From Chrysomallon squamiferum (Eukaryota > Animalia > Mollusca): a DNA stretch of 64,000 nucleotides. Below are positions 43,614-57,105 of the stretch, piece after piece; the stretch's first letter is position 1, and each line of letters opens with the position of its first letter. The stretch is from positions 16,244,001-16,308,000 of the forward strand of contig CM022670.1 of the NCBI GenBank assembly GCA_012295275.1, in the 5' to 3' direction. The position numbers were made by a program, and so were the translations under genes. The notes below the pieces were generated by a model, which was given only the letters and a program-made list of their open reading frames with translations, had not been told where the DNA came from and ran no database searches.

Positions 43614-46346
43614 ATGAATACGTTTTTATCACGTTTGAATACAATATTTGCTTTCACGTTAAGTGTTATGGCAGCATTGACATTTTGCTGCTTTTTAACA
43701 ACTGCATTTAACATGCATAAACAGCCGGTCAGGTTAAATACGGGAAAAGTTACAGTGTAAGTTTACAGCAATATGTTAACATTAACTAAGATGACGTGTC
43801 TATTAGTATTACATCCTTTTTAGACGCAATATTTTTGTTTTATATAAAGGAGAATAAATTTTAAAAATTAATGATTAAATGTTTAATGTATCGTTCTTTA
43901 AAAAAAAAAAATTAAAATAAATAAAAGAATGTGGATATGGTCATTGCATTTGTTTTGTCCAACCTAATACTAATACTAATAGTAATAGTAATACTTATAC
44001 TAGTAACAGTAATTCTGCATATTCATAAATATTGATACTAATATAGCAAAACAGACCTATTTTTTATGTTATTCAAAGGTACCAGAACATATCTGTTTTT
44101 GTGTACAACATATAATTTAATTTTTTAGTTTGTTACGTTTGTATTGTTTATTTTAAGTATAATTATTAATAATTTTAAAGCTTGATTCAGAAAACAAGGA
44201 AATCCAGACATTGGTGTTACCTGAGCTTATTGGATAAATGGATGTAATGATACAGGGTTGTTTCTGACTATATTTAAACATGTATAGTAGACTTTTATTT
44301 TATTATTATTATATATTATCATGTAAATTAGTACAAATTTTAATTAAAATTAGAATACACTATATCTATATTGCTTTAATATATTTGTCTCTCTTTCAGA
44401 AAAAATGTTCCAGATTATTCACAAGATCGAGAAAAGAGTGACCTTGCTTTTGTTGTGTTTGATATGCAAGCTAATATCCTTTCATTGTTTTCTGGCACTT
44501 TTTCAAATGTTTCTGTTAATGATGCATTATTAGTATGAAAAATATGTTCATCAGGGTAAGACCGACATTATGATATAGGGCATTGCTGTATTAAAAATAA
44601 ATCATTTGATGCATTATAATTGTTTTAGAAAGAGGAAAATAGTCTCCTAGTATTTTATAATTACTGTTGTAATAACTGCATTAAATTGATTAAGATTTCT
44701 TTTTACTACCAGACTTCCACAGATGTTTAAATTTTCTTTGTCTTCTTTATTTCAGAATTTTTGTGTTTTATCTCCTATTTTCTGATATGACAAAGTCACA
44801 CAAACACACCTTTTACATTATGTCTTCTGCTTTATTTCAGATTTGATTCTATAGTTTTTCTTTTTGTTTTGTTTTGTTTTTCTCAAAGTTGCTGATACTG
44901 GCAAAATATGCCACATATGAAAACAAAAATCTCTATAATTGCATTTATTTGTAAACAGAATCAGATATGTCAATTGGGTCTGTGTTTAAATTCTTATTTT
45001 TAATCTAGTTATGTTGATTAGTACAGGATGTATTTAGATGAATATATCTAGAACTGTGCCTTCAATTTAATTTTTTTTATTTTGTATATTACTTTTATTT
45101 ATTTTTTGTTCCTTAATAATTTTTAGATTTAGAACAGTTATTTAACTGGAATGTTAAACAGTTATTTTTATATTTGACTGCTGAATATGAAACTAAAGAT
45201 CATGTAAGTATATAATTAAATTATTCAATTTGTTTTACATTTATTAAATACTTGTTTCATAAATTTTAAGTGACCTCTTCATCACTGTATTATTTTAAGA
45301 AAAAATACAATTTCTGCTTATGACTTAATAAGTTAATCTGTATCTTTATTTAAGTTACTGGTAAAAAGCAGTGCCAGAGCAACTATTTAATGTATTGATT
45401 CAGATATTGAAAATTTTCATATTTATTGCGGAAGTCGAATGTAATTTGACAAATTCTCTAAATTGTAAACTTTTCTGGCATGACCTCTAGTCATTATAAA
45501 AGCAAGGACACAAGATAAAATTCACAGTGCCTGTGTCAGTGCCAGTATGTAACAGCCCAAACATTCCTATTGTTTTAATTTTGTTGTCACTATGTTTTGA
45601 TGCCATCCATATTTTTGCAATTTTATATTTCCTTTAGCCGTGAATTCAATGATATTTGAAAATATTTTGATGTTTAGTTATTTATTCAATTACTGTTTAT
45701 CACAGACACTGAATCAGGTTGTTTTATGGGATAAGATAATCCAAAGAGGAGACAATGCTATTTTGGATCTGGCTAACTCAAACACTAAGTACTACTTCTG
45801 GGATTATGGAAATGGATTAAAGTAAGTAACACAGTTTGCACACATAACTCAAAAGTTTTAGATAACAAATTGGATTTTATACATTTTCTAAAGACATAAG
45901 ACAATAGCATAACAAATGGTTTTAAATTATTTGGATTTATACTCAGTTAGTTTGTTGTAGTAACAAGTTTTGCATTTTAAAAATATTTTAATATATTAAA
46001 TAATATTGTAAATTAACGTGATAGAAAAAAGGTATAATCACAGTGTACAACTTTCCTTTTTTTTCTTTTTTGTCACCAGATATATACAAACTAATTTACA
46101 TTTTATTAATTGTTATAAGAAATGCATTGTTAAACAGTTTTACATTCACAGTACATAAAAATTACTTCAGTTTCCTTTATATATATTCTTTTTGTTTTGT
46201 TTATATTTTTATCTAGAGGCAACAAGAACGTGACCTTGACATTATCATGGAATGTGATACCCAATGCAGGAACACTGCCTAAAATATGTGGAGATGGTTC
46301 TCATTCATTTCAGTTTCCTGACCAATACACTCCAGGACGTTTTTAG
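43614..46346 (+). CDS. SPCS3: Signal peptidase complex subunit 3 (SPC22/23), ~179 aa
   Basis: Exons 43614-43756 ([30 protein letters not shown]), 44400-44473, 45127-45203 ([17 protein letters not shown]), 45706-45821 ([22 protein letters not shown]), 46217-46346 ([15 protein letters not shown]). Confidence 0.96.
44474..45126 (+). other. U12-type (minor spliceosome) intron with AT-AG termini in SPCS3
   Basis: 5' splice site ATATCCTTTC at 44474. Branch-site-like TTCCTTAAT at 45109-45117, about 10 nt before the 3' end AG (45125-45126). The junction GCT A|AT TTA keeps the SPCS3 frame. Confidence 0.88.
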
Positions 46347-48602
46347 AAATATGTTTATTTCTTTTCTTTAAAAAAAAATTCTGTCAGGTATTATTAAGCT
46401 ACTTTGAATTTTAAATGTTGGGACCAAATTCAATAACAGTTTACATTTCACAATATTAAGGATTATCAGTTGTTTTACGAAAAATTGATAAAATGTACAT
46501 GAAAAAAATAATATTACCACTTTCTAAAGAGAATTAAAGTTTAGAGGGAAAAACAATTATACTTCAATAGCGTAAACAGTAATATTTATAAAGTCATATA
46601 AAAAATTTATCTTGCTTGCTTCCAAATTTTTATCTTTATTTTTTTTTAAATTTTTTGTGTTTGTTTGGTTAACCAGTATTCATTACTAACAAAGTATAAC
46701 CACAAAAGAGCACATTATGAGTACAGTAATGTGTTGTAACTGATGCCATTAGGAACAGGCATACATACCTTTAGGATATTGAAATGTGTGATTAAAAACT
46801 TTTTAGGCTGTTTGTATAAGTAACACGTTTGTTGGTTGAACTTCTATAAGTAACACTTTTGTTGAACTTGTATTAAAATGAAGTTGTATATTGGACAGTA
46901 ACAAATATTTTAGAAATGTACATGCATTCAAAAGTAATAAAAAATAGTTATATCTGTAAACATCTGGTATATTTAAATAATTAGTGCTGTTTGAAAACAA
47001 AATTGTTTCATTTTATTCTCTTACTTTTGTTATTATTAGTAAAGACAGATTGAACATAACAAACAAAATAATAACTTGAATATTTTATGAATTTATTAAT
47101 GCTCCACATAAACATTTTAGTTTCTTCATTGTGATATGTGTTTCTAAACACTGAAAGATCTACATTTCATTTTAGATTTAACAAACTATTTCATTGTTTG
47201 AAATGTATATTGAATCAAACCATCAACACTGTATGACTGTTGTATGATAATCAAATGAGGATGCAACTATTTATTACATCAGTAGAGTTTTCATTTTTCT
47301 TGTTCTTAATTTGTATATTTAGGTAATGGTTTTCATAATGTAAACTAAACTTTATTTTTGACTACTGTGCTTTGGACATTTTGTTAAATTTAATTAAATA
47401 TGAAAAGTCAACTAAATTCTGGTTACACAAATTCTTAGATATCTATTTTTCATCTAGGAAATTAATCAATAATTATTTTAAATTAATATTATAACGAAGA
47501 CCACTTGTAATACTTTTTCATCTTGTATTACAAACATGTTGGCTATTATTGATCCAACTAATTCTTCTTATTATCGAGCAATCATTTTCTATCATGCTAT
47601 CTTAAAAACATTATACTAAACACTATTTTTCAAGACAGCATGTATTTTTTATCTTTCAGTAATTTAAAATCAAATGAGAATATTATTTCTGTTAATATAT
47701 TCTACTTCAGGAAAACCATTTTGCTTTGTAAATAGTGAAAATTACAATAAATACTGTTTCCTTTTTGTATAGTTCTTTTGTTTCTTACTTTAGTCAGTGG
47801 AGTTTTTTCTCTTATTATTATTATTTATTATTTTTTGTTATTTTTATTTATTATTATTAATAATTTTGTCCCATTTGTTTAGATTAAGTGCATTGTCATA
47901 AAATGTGAAAAGAATATTTTATTACATTATGTATGCCTAAATGTTGATTTCAATAAAATATTTACAAAATGTTTTTTGAAAGATACGTTTATACTATGTT
48001 ATAATCCTTGGTCTGTATGTATAAATATTTTGTAAGTTCTTCCATTTTTAACATGCAGTTATTTTTCATTAGTTGAAAATATTTGAAAAAAAATTAAAAA
48101 TTAATAATTAACATACACATATTTCAAAAATAAATTTCTTCTTGTCATGGCATGATGTTTCATAAGCATCCATATACATGGATGTTTTTAATTACTAGAG
48201 CCAAAGAATCTTTCAAAATTAATATTTTAACAGTTTCATCTTTGGCAGAGTAATAACAATTTTATTTTAATTTTTAAAAATCAGTTTATATTAAATGATA
48301 CAACTGCACAACCTCAGTCCTCAACTGTAATATATTTACTGACTGGAATCTTAATGAGATGTGTGAAAATAAATAAATTTATATGTTTTTTGTGTATATG
48401 TTTGTGGGTCTTTTTGTGTTTTATTTATTTATTTTTTTTTTTTTTTTACTCTTGTTATGTTGACATAATATACGTATATCTTTAATTGTTAGATTCTCTT
48501 AGTGTAAGATATTACTCTACCCAACTGAAAAATAACAGCTTCATTATATCCAGAACACTCAGAAAAATACAACTGGTTGCCCTTTTTTGTACTTCTTTAA
48601 TA

Positions 48603-48636
<34 letters not shown>

Positions 48637-49075
48637 ATTCTTTGAGTTCATATTTCAGGTATAATATAACCTAAAATCCAGTATATCATTTTTGAAAAAA
48701 TAAAGATAACAGTCCTCACTGGTGGAACATGTTTTTTATTCACATGCTGGTAGTTGTGAACATTAAATAAACATGATTAAAATTGTTTAACAAAACAGCT
48801 AAGTAGAAGGTATTTTAAAAATAATCATTATTAGAGATAACGTTAACAAAATTGTAATGTTCTACAACATTTTGAAATTCATAACTAAGAAAAACGAGTG
48901 CTGCTAAACACTACAATAAATAAATCTGTCTTTGCTATCTGAAAAGATAAGTCGTTATTTTCTGCTTCAGGCCTTTTCAGTGCAAATGATGTATTTCCAT
49001 TTCACAATCCACAGAATCACAAAGAATTGTTTGAAATTATACAACACTTTTTAAATGTCCTATAAACAAAAGTGG

Positions 49076-50097
49076 TTACTCTCTAGACTGGTAAAACAGA
49101 ATGTAACCTGATTCAGAGTTTTTTTGCATGTCTGACGGAATTCCATAAAACTCTTCTATTTGCGAAGCATCAATTTTCTGAAATTGAAAAATGAAAGTTT
49201 TTTTTAACACATTGATGTTACAACAGCAAAATCAAGACAAGATACTTTAAATCTCTTCTGCATCTTCAAGCAATATATACTAATATCAAATATCACTTTT
49301 CTTTTACACATTTTAAGTTTCTTCTTGCTACATACAAAGGACTAAATGCAATTGTTTCATTTTTTAAACTGTATATAAAATTAAAATTACATTTCATATC
49401 TTTTCTTTTTTCTTTCTTTAATTTTATTATGATTCTTTAATTTTTTGTTTGTTTATTTTGATTCTTTTATTTTTTGTTTGTTTATTTTTATTCTTTAATT
49501 TTTCTTATTTTTTGCATCTTTAATGATCTGGAACAGTTTTCTCAAACACCACCAAAATTTTTGTTCTTGAACTCCTACTTCTGAACATTAAAGATGTATG
49601 CAAACTATCTTTTCATTTCTAATTTACCAGTAAAGAGAACAGATGTGTAAATGAAACTGAAAGATGACACTGGGCTTTAATGTTAAAAAAATGAAAAACA
49701 GCGTAATAAACAGTAAACAATAAATATGAAAAGTAATATAGTAGAAAACATGAATATAATGCAATAAAAAAAATTATATATATATATATGCATAAAATGT
49801 AATAAATGATAAACATGAAATGATAACAGAGAATAACAAAATGTGAAAATGATAAAAATGACTCCAGCTGTCATAAATTTGAAAGACATTTCTAAAAGAC
49901 TTACATCAACAATATCATCATCAAAGAGTAGCCAGAAGCCATGGCTTTTCACAATGCTAATATAATGTCCTCTGTTAGGACCACTCCCACAATGCACCAC
50001 CACAGCAACAAGATCATACATTCTTTCAGGATTGCAGGCATCGTCAGACTGCAGAGAAAAATACATTATCATGATTATATGTGTGTGTGTGTGTGTG

Positions 50098-50147
<50 letters not shown>

Positions 50148-52376
50148 ATATATATATATATTTAGCACCTTTTTCATACTAAGTAAGTAAAAAAGATATG
50201 GATATAAACATAATGGATATAAAATAAACAAGTCTCCTCAAAAAACTGTTTAAAATAAAAAACAGAATAACTACATAAATAAAACAGAAAGTTGCATAAA
50301 ATGTATTACATAGACAGAAACATTTAGCAAGAGAACAAAACATTAAAATTTAACTTGTTACAAAAATCTACTGATACATTACAAAAAAGAATGAAAATTT
50401 GTGTTAAAATATTGAAAGTTTAAAATGTTAAATAACAACACACTTACTGTATTGAACAATCTCAGTTCCAAAGGAAACACAACACGATAAGAAACCTTTA
50501 TGTAGCGGCTGTACTGTTCCATGTATTTAAATCTCTTTAAATGTAAGGCTAAAATTTGTGGTAATTTCTTCACTCGCATTCTAAAATAAAAAAATTAAAA
50601 ACTATGTTCTTTGTACCATTTCAATCCAATTTTGTCTTCTTAATTAAATATTACTGATACTATTACTATGGTATTTTTTATTTGTTTCTACATTATACTT
50701 TGTTTAACTAGAGTGAAAGCTGATAAGTAATTTTTTTTAAGGAAATTAATGTTAACAAATGGATATTCATATTGTAAATTATTAAATGTTATATGAAACA
50801 GTTTAGTACTGATAAAAATATTTAAAAAGCTTATCTTTTCATGATCTAAGTAGGCTGCCAAAATGTTTCTCAAAACCAAATAACCTAACCACCATAATAT
50901 AGCAAGTGTCCTGTTGACTAATGCTATTTAATTATTGACAGACGTCAATATTTAAAAATAATCTGAACTGCATGATGTCTACTTTTAGCTTGTTCTTGAA
51001 TCCGAAATGTTCTTGATGTTTATTAGTAAGTTGATTTCTATGGGAGATGTTTAACATTCCACAAGCTTGCTTTTTAAAACCTATAAAAAATTCTCATGAA
51101 ACTGTTTATTTTGTGCTGAATTTTAACTTTATACTGAACATTCCTATTTTTTAGATTATTATTATTTTTTTTTTAAATCAAAATATTGATGCTAATGTTT
51201 GTCTAATGGTTTTTGTTTAAATACCTTTTCTGGGCTTCCTGCTTGCTGCAGCATACTTCACAATAATATTTGTGTTCAGCACACAGTGTTTCTGTATTGC
51301 TGAATCCACGTAAGCAGTGGGTAATGGATGTATTCTGTTCCACATCAACTGAGAGATCCAGGAAATCCTCATCCTTACTACTGACCTGTCAAAATATATT
51401 CTCTAGATGTCAATATCTCTGCTGGTTAAACACTAGATTTTATCTAATGAGTACAGACAATTTTAGGACTTTTAAAATACTGATTTAAAAAAAAAAAATT
51501 ATTTCATTATTTACATGCACGGGAATCTTTTCTATTAATATGTATCTGGTTGAATAATATGTATAAAAGTTATTCACAGCCATCAATTCCTTTGTTAACA
51601 AAATTGAATCAAATGACTTACAGTTTCACAATTCAAGCAACGAGTTTCATTTGTCAATGTCCCTTGAAATATTTCATGCACCCATGTGGCATCAGCTTTA
51701 GGTTTGTCATCATTGGAAGGTTTAGGTTTATTGCCAAGTTTTTCTGCTAAAATACACCAATATACACGGAAATAGAAACTTTATCTTCTGAAGGAAACAG
51801 TCAAACTCACTGTTTATCATTTACATATGCAATACAAATAGGCTATTCTGAAAAAGTGTAATTACACCAACATATTTAATTCTTATAAAAAGTAAAATTT
51901 ATGTCAGTTTCTAATAATTTTACATTAGAATAAAAGATATATCAATAACATAAAAGAAAAATCTGGCACTATTCAAACATACAAAATGTTACAATAGTTA
52001 AAAACACAACATTCTATTTAGAAACTGATAATTATAGTAATGATAGAAAATAAGAGACTGCTGATAATGCTGTTAAAGATATGCTACCTTGTAAGAGATC
52101 AGCGACAGTATTGAGTAGATAATTCAAAAATTCATGAGCATCCTGTTGCATGTAGTTATCAAACTGCTCTGAAAAAACAAAAAACAAATATTTTGTTATA
52201 TCAGACTTCACATGGCTGGATGATTAGATTAAATCATTTTCCAAACAAAAACTCTACGAGATCAGACTTATTTTCTAATGAAAATCAATGATAAATATTT
52301 TCTCAGTTTTTGATGATTGTTTTTTTTTTTTTTTCCTGAGTGTGTGTGTGTTTATGTGTGTTACTTTAAGTCATTT

Positions 52377-52409
<33 letters not shown>

Positions 52410-55223
52410 TAGACAAATAGGTATTTCAAATCGTTTACTATCTAGATGTATCTGACCACTGCTTAATCATTCCTGAGACGGTAAGTAATCAATGATTTAA
52501 GTGAAATAAATAAAATTTTGTCTACGTAGAACATTTAAATACCATTTTCTTTTCTTAGCCGTGTTATAAACTTTTTTGGTGCAATTGTTCCAACTTTCTT
52601 TTTCTGTGTTGCTATGCTACAAAAGAGGTCTGCAAGACATGTAAGTAATGTTTCCTTTTTCTGATTCTTTTGATGCTGTTTGTACTGCAGCACTTTTTCT
52701 CGAAATGATCGACAGAAATACAGGGCCTGAAGCACTGAGTTGCAATAACATGTGTTCCCAAACTGAAATCAAAAAGTAAACAAAACAAGGAAAATTAATA
52801 TTAACTGAAGGTATTGTGATTATTATTTTTATTGATTATTTTATCACCACATAACAACAGAATCAGTCCTTGTAGGAATGTCTGTAGAGCTTTTCATTCA
52901 TTCCATTTAACAAGTTTATTAAAGGCTTTGCTACATGATTTCATGTCTATCAGAGAGCACTTATTTTATATTTTAAAAAAAAGAAGAATTTTAAATGTCT
53001 GATACAAAATATCAGTGTCTATTAAAATGTGTTAATTAACCAGTAAATGTTTGTTCATTTTGTAATGAAACAGTTATGGTGTAACTTTAGCATTAAGTTA
53101 ATTAGTACAAACTTCCAATTCTAACCTATATTATACCACTGATCTTATATTATTGATTTACATAAACAAAACATTGTAACATAATGCAAATAAACATTTT
53201 TAAACATATTTTATGTTTTGTTTTCTTTCTTAATTTTAAGTAAATTATAATTTAATGTATTGAAAATAAACATTCTATTAAAATATTATTATTAATAATT
53301 CTGAGTTAATTTTGATGTTGTTTTCTCTTGACAAAGAAAGTATTTCCAATTTTTAATTAAAAAATAATTAATAAAAATGTTTTATGTGATTGGAGTTACA
53401 TTGGTTAGACATATCTCTGAGTATTAATGAAATGGATATAGATAAAAGTAAAAATACATATTTATGAAAGTGAAAAGTTTGGAATAATACTTACATTGAC
53501 AAGGCCAAAGTAATGTTCATTTACTGGGAATTGTTCTGAACCTATTTCCTTCTCCAGCTGGGAAGCATTCGCTCCCTGAAATATTGAAATAAAAAAAATA
53601 CTTTCTTTTTAATATTTCATCATAAATCAGAAAAATGGAGTGAAAGTAAAAATGTTAGTATATTTAACAAGTCAATACAAAGTGTAAGAAATTCAACAAA
53701 TAAAGAGATTAATTAAAACGAGAGCTTTGATACAAATATGTATTACTAAACATAAAATCATAAAGCAATGAATTAACATTAACCCATCAAGGTTCACAGA
53801 GGATCTGACAGACCCAAGTACATTTTTCCTTTAAATCTATTACTGAATGAATTCTATGGTGCTTTTGCAATTTCTTATACCTTAATAATAATAAATGTTC
53901 TGCGATTTTATTTTATTTTTCAAATAAATTTTAAGAAACAAAACTGGGTCTGTGAGACTGTGATTACTCCTGCATGCCAAATAATTCAGGCTCTAAAGAA
54001 TTAAACTCTACTGGACAGTAATTTGGGAATTAAGCCAAAATAAAGAGGCATCATGGCATCAAGTTTATGTTAGTGGTTTAATACAAACAATATCTGTAAT
54101 GTTGTGTTTCAGCAAAAACTAATCTGTAATAAAAATTAATAAGCTTTATTTGATCATTGTAGGCCATTATAAATAGTATAATCTTGTATTATCATAAAAA
54201 TAAGCTGCTTTGGGGGGGTGAGGTTTTTTGAATATATGTTTAACCTTACTATGTCACCACTTGTACAGTAGAACCAATTTCACTAAGTTTTAAGGTTAAT
54301 ATAAACCAGTTTAAAGTACACATTTGAAATTTAATTCAATAATGACATTTAAGTGTAGAAAGCTTAAACAAATAATATTAGCATGGCAACACAGTATGCA
54401 AAAACATAATAAAATTTCCCAAGCATATTTTCTGACGATTATAAGAGAAACATTACAGACTATGTTTTTCAAATAAGAAATTGAATTGATAATTTGTATG
54501 TTAATGGCAATATGAAAACAAAAAAAAACTGTTTTATACAGAGCACAAGAGACCTGCATAAAACCTGTATGGTATGTAATGTGATTTTGTCATTCATACT
54601 GCCATAATAACAACTTTTCACAAATACAGATATATGTATGTATACATAAACATATAATTGTGTCACCAATTTAAAATGAATGTAATTTTTGTCTCTTCAA
54701 TTATTTACCATTTTATTCACATAAAATTCTTACGCAACTTTAGGGAAAGCCCCAGCTTTGATGTTCAGCTTTTCTGTCAATAAAGAGAATAAGATTTTTT
54801 TTTTTTTTCATACATTATTAGTTGTTTTGTTTTGTTGTTTTTACCCCAGTAACTGCCTTCTGATTATAATATATAATATATTAAAACTAACGAACTAAAT
54901 ATTTGGAATGACAATTTTGATTTTAGCTTCATATTTTTTACTTTGGGTTTGTGGAGGTGTGTCATTCTGTGTATTTAAGGTTGCTGTTGTAGTTATTGCA
55001 GTGTTGTTATTTGTATCATATTTTCATTTATTTTGTTTTTCTCTTTTCTGTGTTCAGAACACACATTAATAAGGAAGATAACTATCCATTTCATTGCTTG
55101 AATTATGTTTAACATAGATGAAATTAATAGTGAATACAAATTTACAACAATTACTGTGTGACATAAAAGCTTTGAACATGCATATATACTATATCAGGAT
55201 ATTCAGCATACTTAATACTTGAA

Positions 55224-55265
<42 letters not shown>

Positions 55266-55726
55266 TCGTTATTAACTCAGTTTCTGATATATTTTAGATA
55301 ACTTATTTTCTTATTTAAATACCGTTTCTTACTTTTTTCCAAAATAATAAATAACATTTAACTACTACAGATAATTTCTGTAAAAAATAGCCAGACATTT
55401 TCTTACTCTTAATGACGAGATAAATCAATTAGCTAGAGATTAATTAAGTAATCATGTTAATCAGCGTCTTCAGTTGTGAGGTATCTTTACGGTCGGTTAA
55501 ATCTTAAGATCTAGTTTTAATATAATATAAAAATATTAATACCTATAGTATATTATGTGTATTTAAACTGTAGCAGTATTCTTACCTACTTCAGAGTATA
55601 ACAACAACAAACACTATTTTAGGATTATCGGAATTTTCGAATACCTATGACTAAATTTAATTGGAATTATATTACAATGACTTAAAAATGCTTATTAAAT
55701 ATTTTATAACGGATTTTACGTACCAT
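49076..55726 (-). CDS. USP46: Ubiquitin carboxyl-terminal hydrolase 12/46 ortholog
   Basis: Exons 55726-55724 (ATG|GTACGT), 53575-53495 ([27 protein letters not shown]), 52762-52543 (Cys box [12 protein letters not shown]), 52168-52088 (QQDAHEFLN), 51746-51622, 51385-51225, 50580-50448, 50048-49905 (His box [11 protein letters not shown]), 49177-49076 ([10 protein letters not shown]). Single pro-ortholog of vertebrate USP12 and USP46. Confidence 0.96.
50079..50161. repeat. Compound (TG)n(TA)n microsatellite
   Basis: Direct reading; it lies ~30 nt upstream of a USP12/46 acceptor. Confidence 0.95.
53779..54081. mobile_element. Possible decayed piggyBac-like non-autonomous element in USP12/46 intron 1
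   Basis: Left end TTAA-CCC, right end TGGT-TTAA, and an internal inverted pair tctgacagaccca (~53804) / tgggtctgtgaga (~53945). The terminal repeats match poorly. Confidence 0.2.
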
Positions 55727-55949
55727 GTCTTTCGCAATGCAACAAGACCCAATGTTTGCTGTCAGTGTCGTTATGACAGTTGTTTAAGCCACGTAAATAA
55801 AATATAAAATATTTTACATATCAGAGAAAAAGGCACGCATGGCATCATTCAGTTTCCTTGGTCGGTGCCATATTGTTTTGTTATAGTATATTTTTTTTAT
55901 ATTATTATTTATATTTTACTCAATCTTGGAGAATTCTGGGAAAAAACAC

Positions 55950-56870
55950 CGAAATAGTCTCGTTTAATATAAATGTTTGTAGTCTCGTTTAAATTAATAG
56001 CCTAGAATACAAATTAAAGTATGCGCGTTTCTCAGGGCCGCTATGACCAATTAACTATGACTTCCGGGTGGGACAAAACTAACAACGAATAAACTCATAC
56101 TTTTGTACAAAATAGGAAAGAGTGAAAAAGAAAAAGAAGCAAGATTTATAGATTTTATTTCAGTTAAAAATACAGTAGTAATATATATTTAAATATCAAT
56201 ATTATTAATGACATCAAAATGTCATATAAATTGAAATTATAAGATTGCTGTTGATATAAAATTATATGTAACTATAACTTTATTAGCTTACCCTAACTTC
56301 GGAAAGCGATGTATAGAGATCCAAATTCATAATAACAATCAGACCACTTAAAATAAATACCTAATTACAAGCCTGAAAATATCTGTATAGATCCATCTTA
56401 ACAGCATTATTATGATTATAGGCCCTTGGGCAAATTAATGGGCTGTAACAGAAAACATACACTAACACAATTTTAGTTTGTTTAATATCAAATATTAAGT
56501 GATTCCCCCTTTCTTTCATTTTTTTTATTTTTCTTTTTTTTCTTTCTGATTTTGTTGTTACCGTTGTTTTTGTTTGTTCATTTATTTATTTGGTTGCTCC
56601 TTCATTCAAATTGTATTTCAACTTTAGTATACTACAGTATTTACATAATGATAATGATAGCATGGCACAGCATGCATATATTGCACTAGCCTTAGATCAG
56701 CTATCCAGTGCACCAGCGGCACTTCGTAATAATTATAACAGATGTAAATATAATTTAACATACAATACATACAATTAAATCCATATAAATAATAATATTT
56801 ATTTATTTATTTATTTATTACTCTTTTTATTTATTTATTATTAATTTATTATTATTATTTTTTTTTATTA

Positions 56871-56906
<36 letters not shown>

Positions 56907-57105
56907 TCAGACCAGTCTGGATATAGTTTTAGACAAATAAACGTTTTAATTCTTGATTTCACTCTATACCTGTATGTAAAATGACATTTAGTATAAAAGA
57001 GGACCAATCAATGTTCTCTTTGCCCTATCCGGAAATCACGAGTATTTGCCACAGCAGCAAAACAAATTTCGTTCTTTTCTTTTCGGCCATATTTGTTACA
57101 AGGTG
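55950..57105. promoter_or_regulatory. Divergent USP12/46 - RPL21 promoter region; RPL21 polypyrimidine (TCT/5'TOP) initiator and short non-coding exon 1
   Basis: ETS-like ACTTCCGG (~56060) and CCGGAAAT (57029-57036); CCAAT at 57004; TTCTTTTCTTTTC at 57072-57084 followed by YY1-like GCCATATT and donor AAG|GTGTGT at 57103; direct repeat tagtctcgtttaa twice near 55956-55993. Confidence 0.65.

Noticed and set aside
49683-50231. 182-aa ORF with IY/HT repeats
   Set aside because: One real USP12/46 exon (50048-49905) read through into flanking introns and microsatellite.
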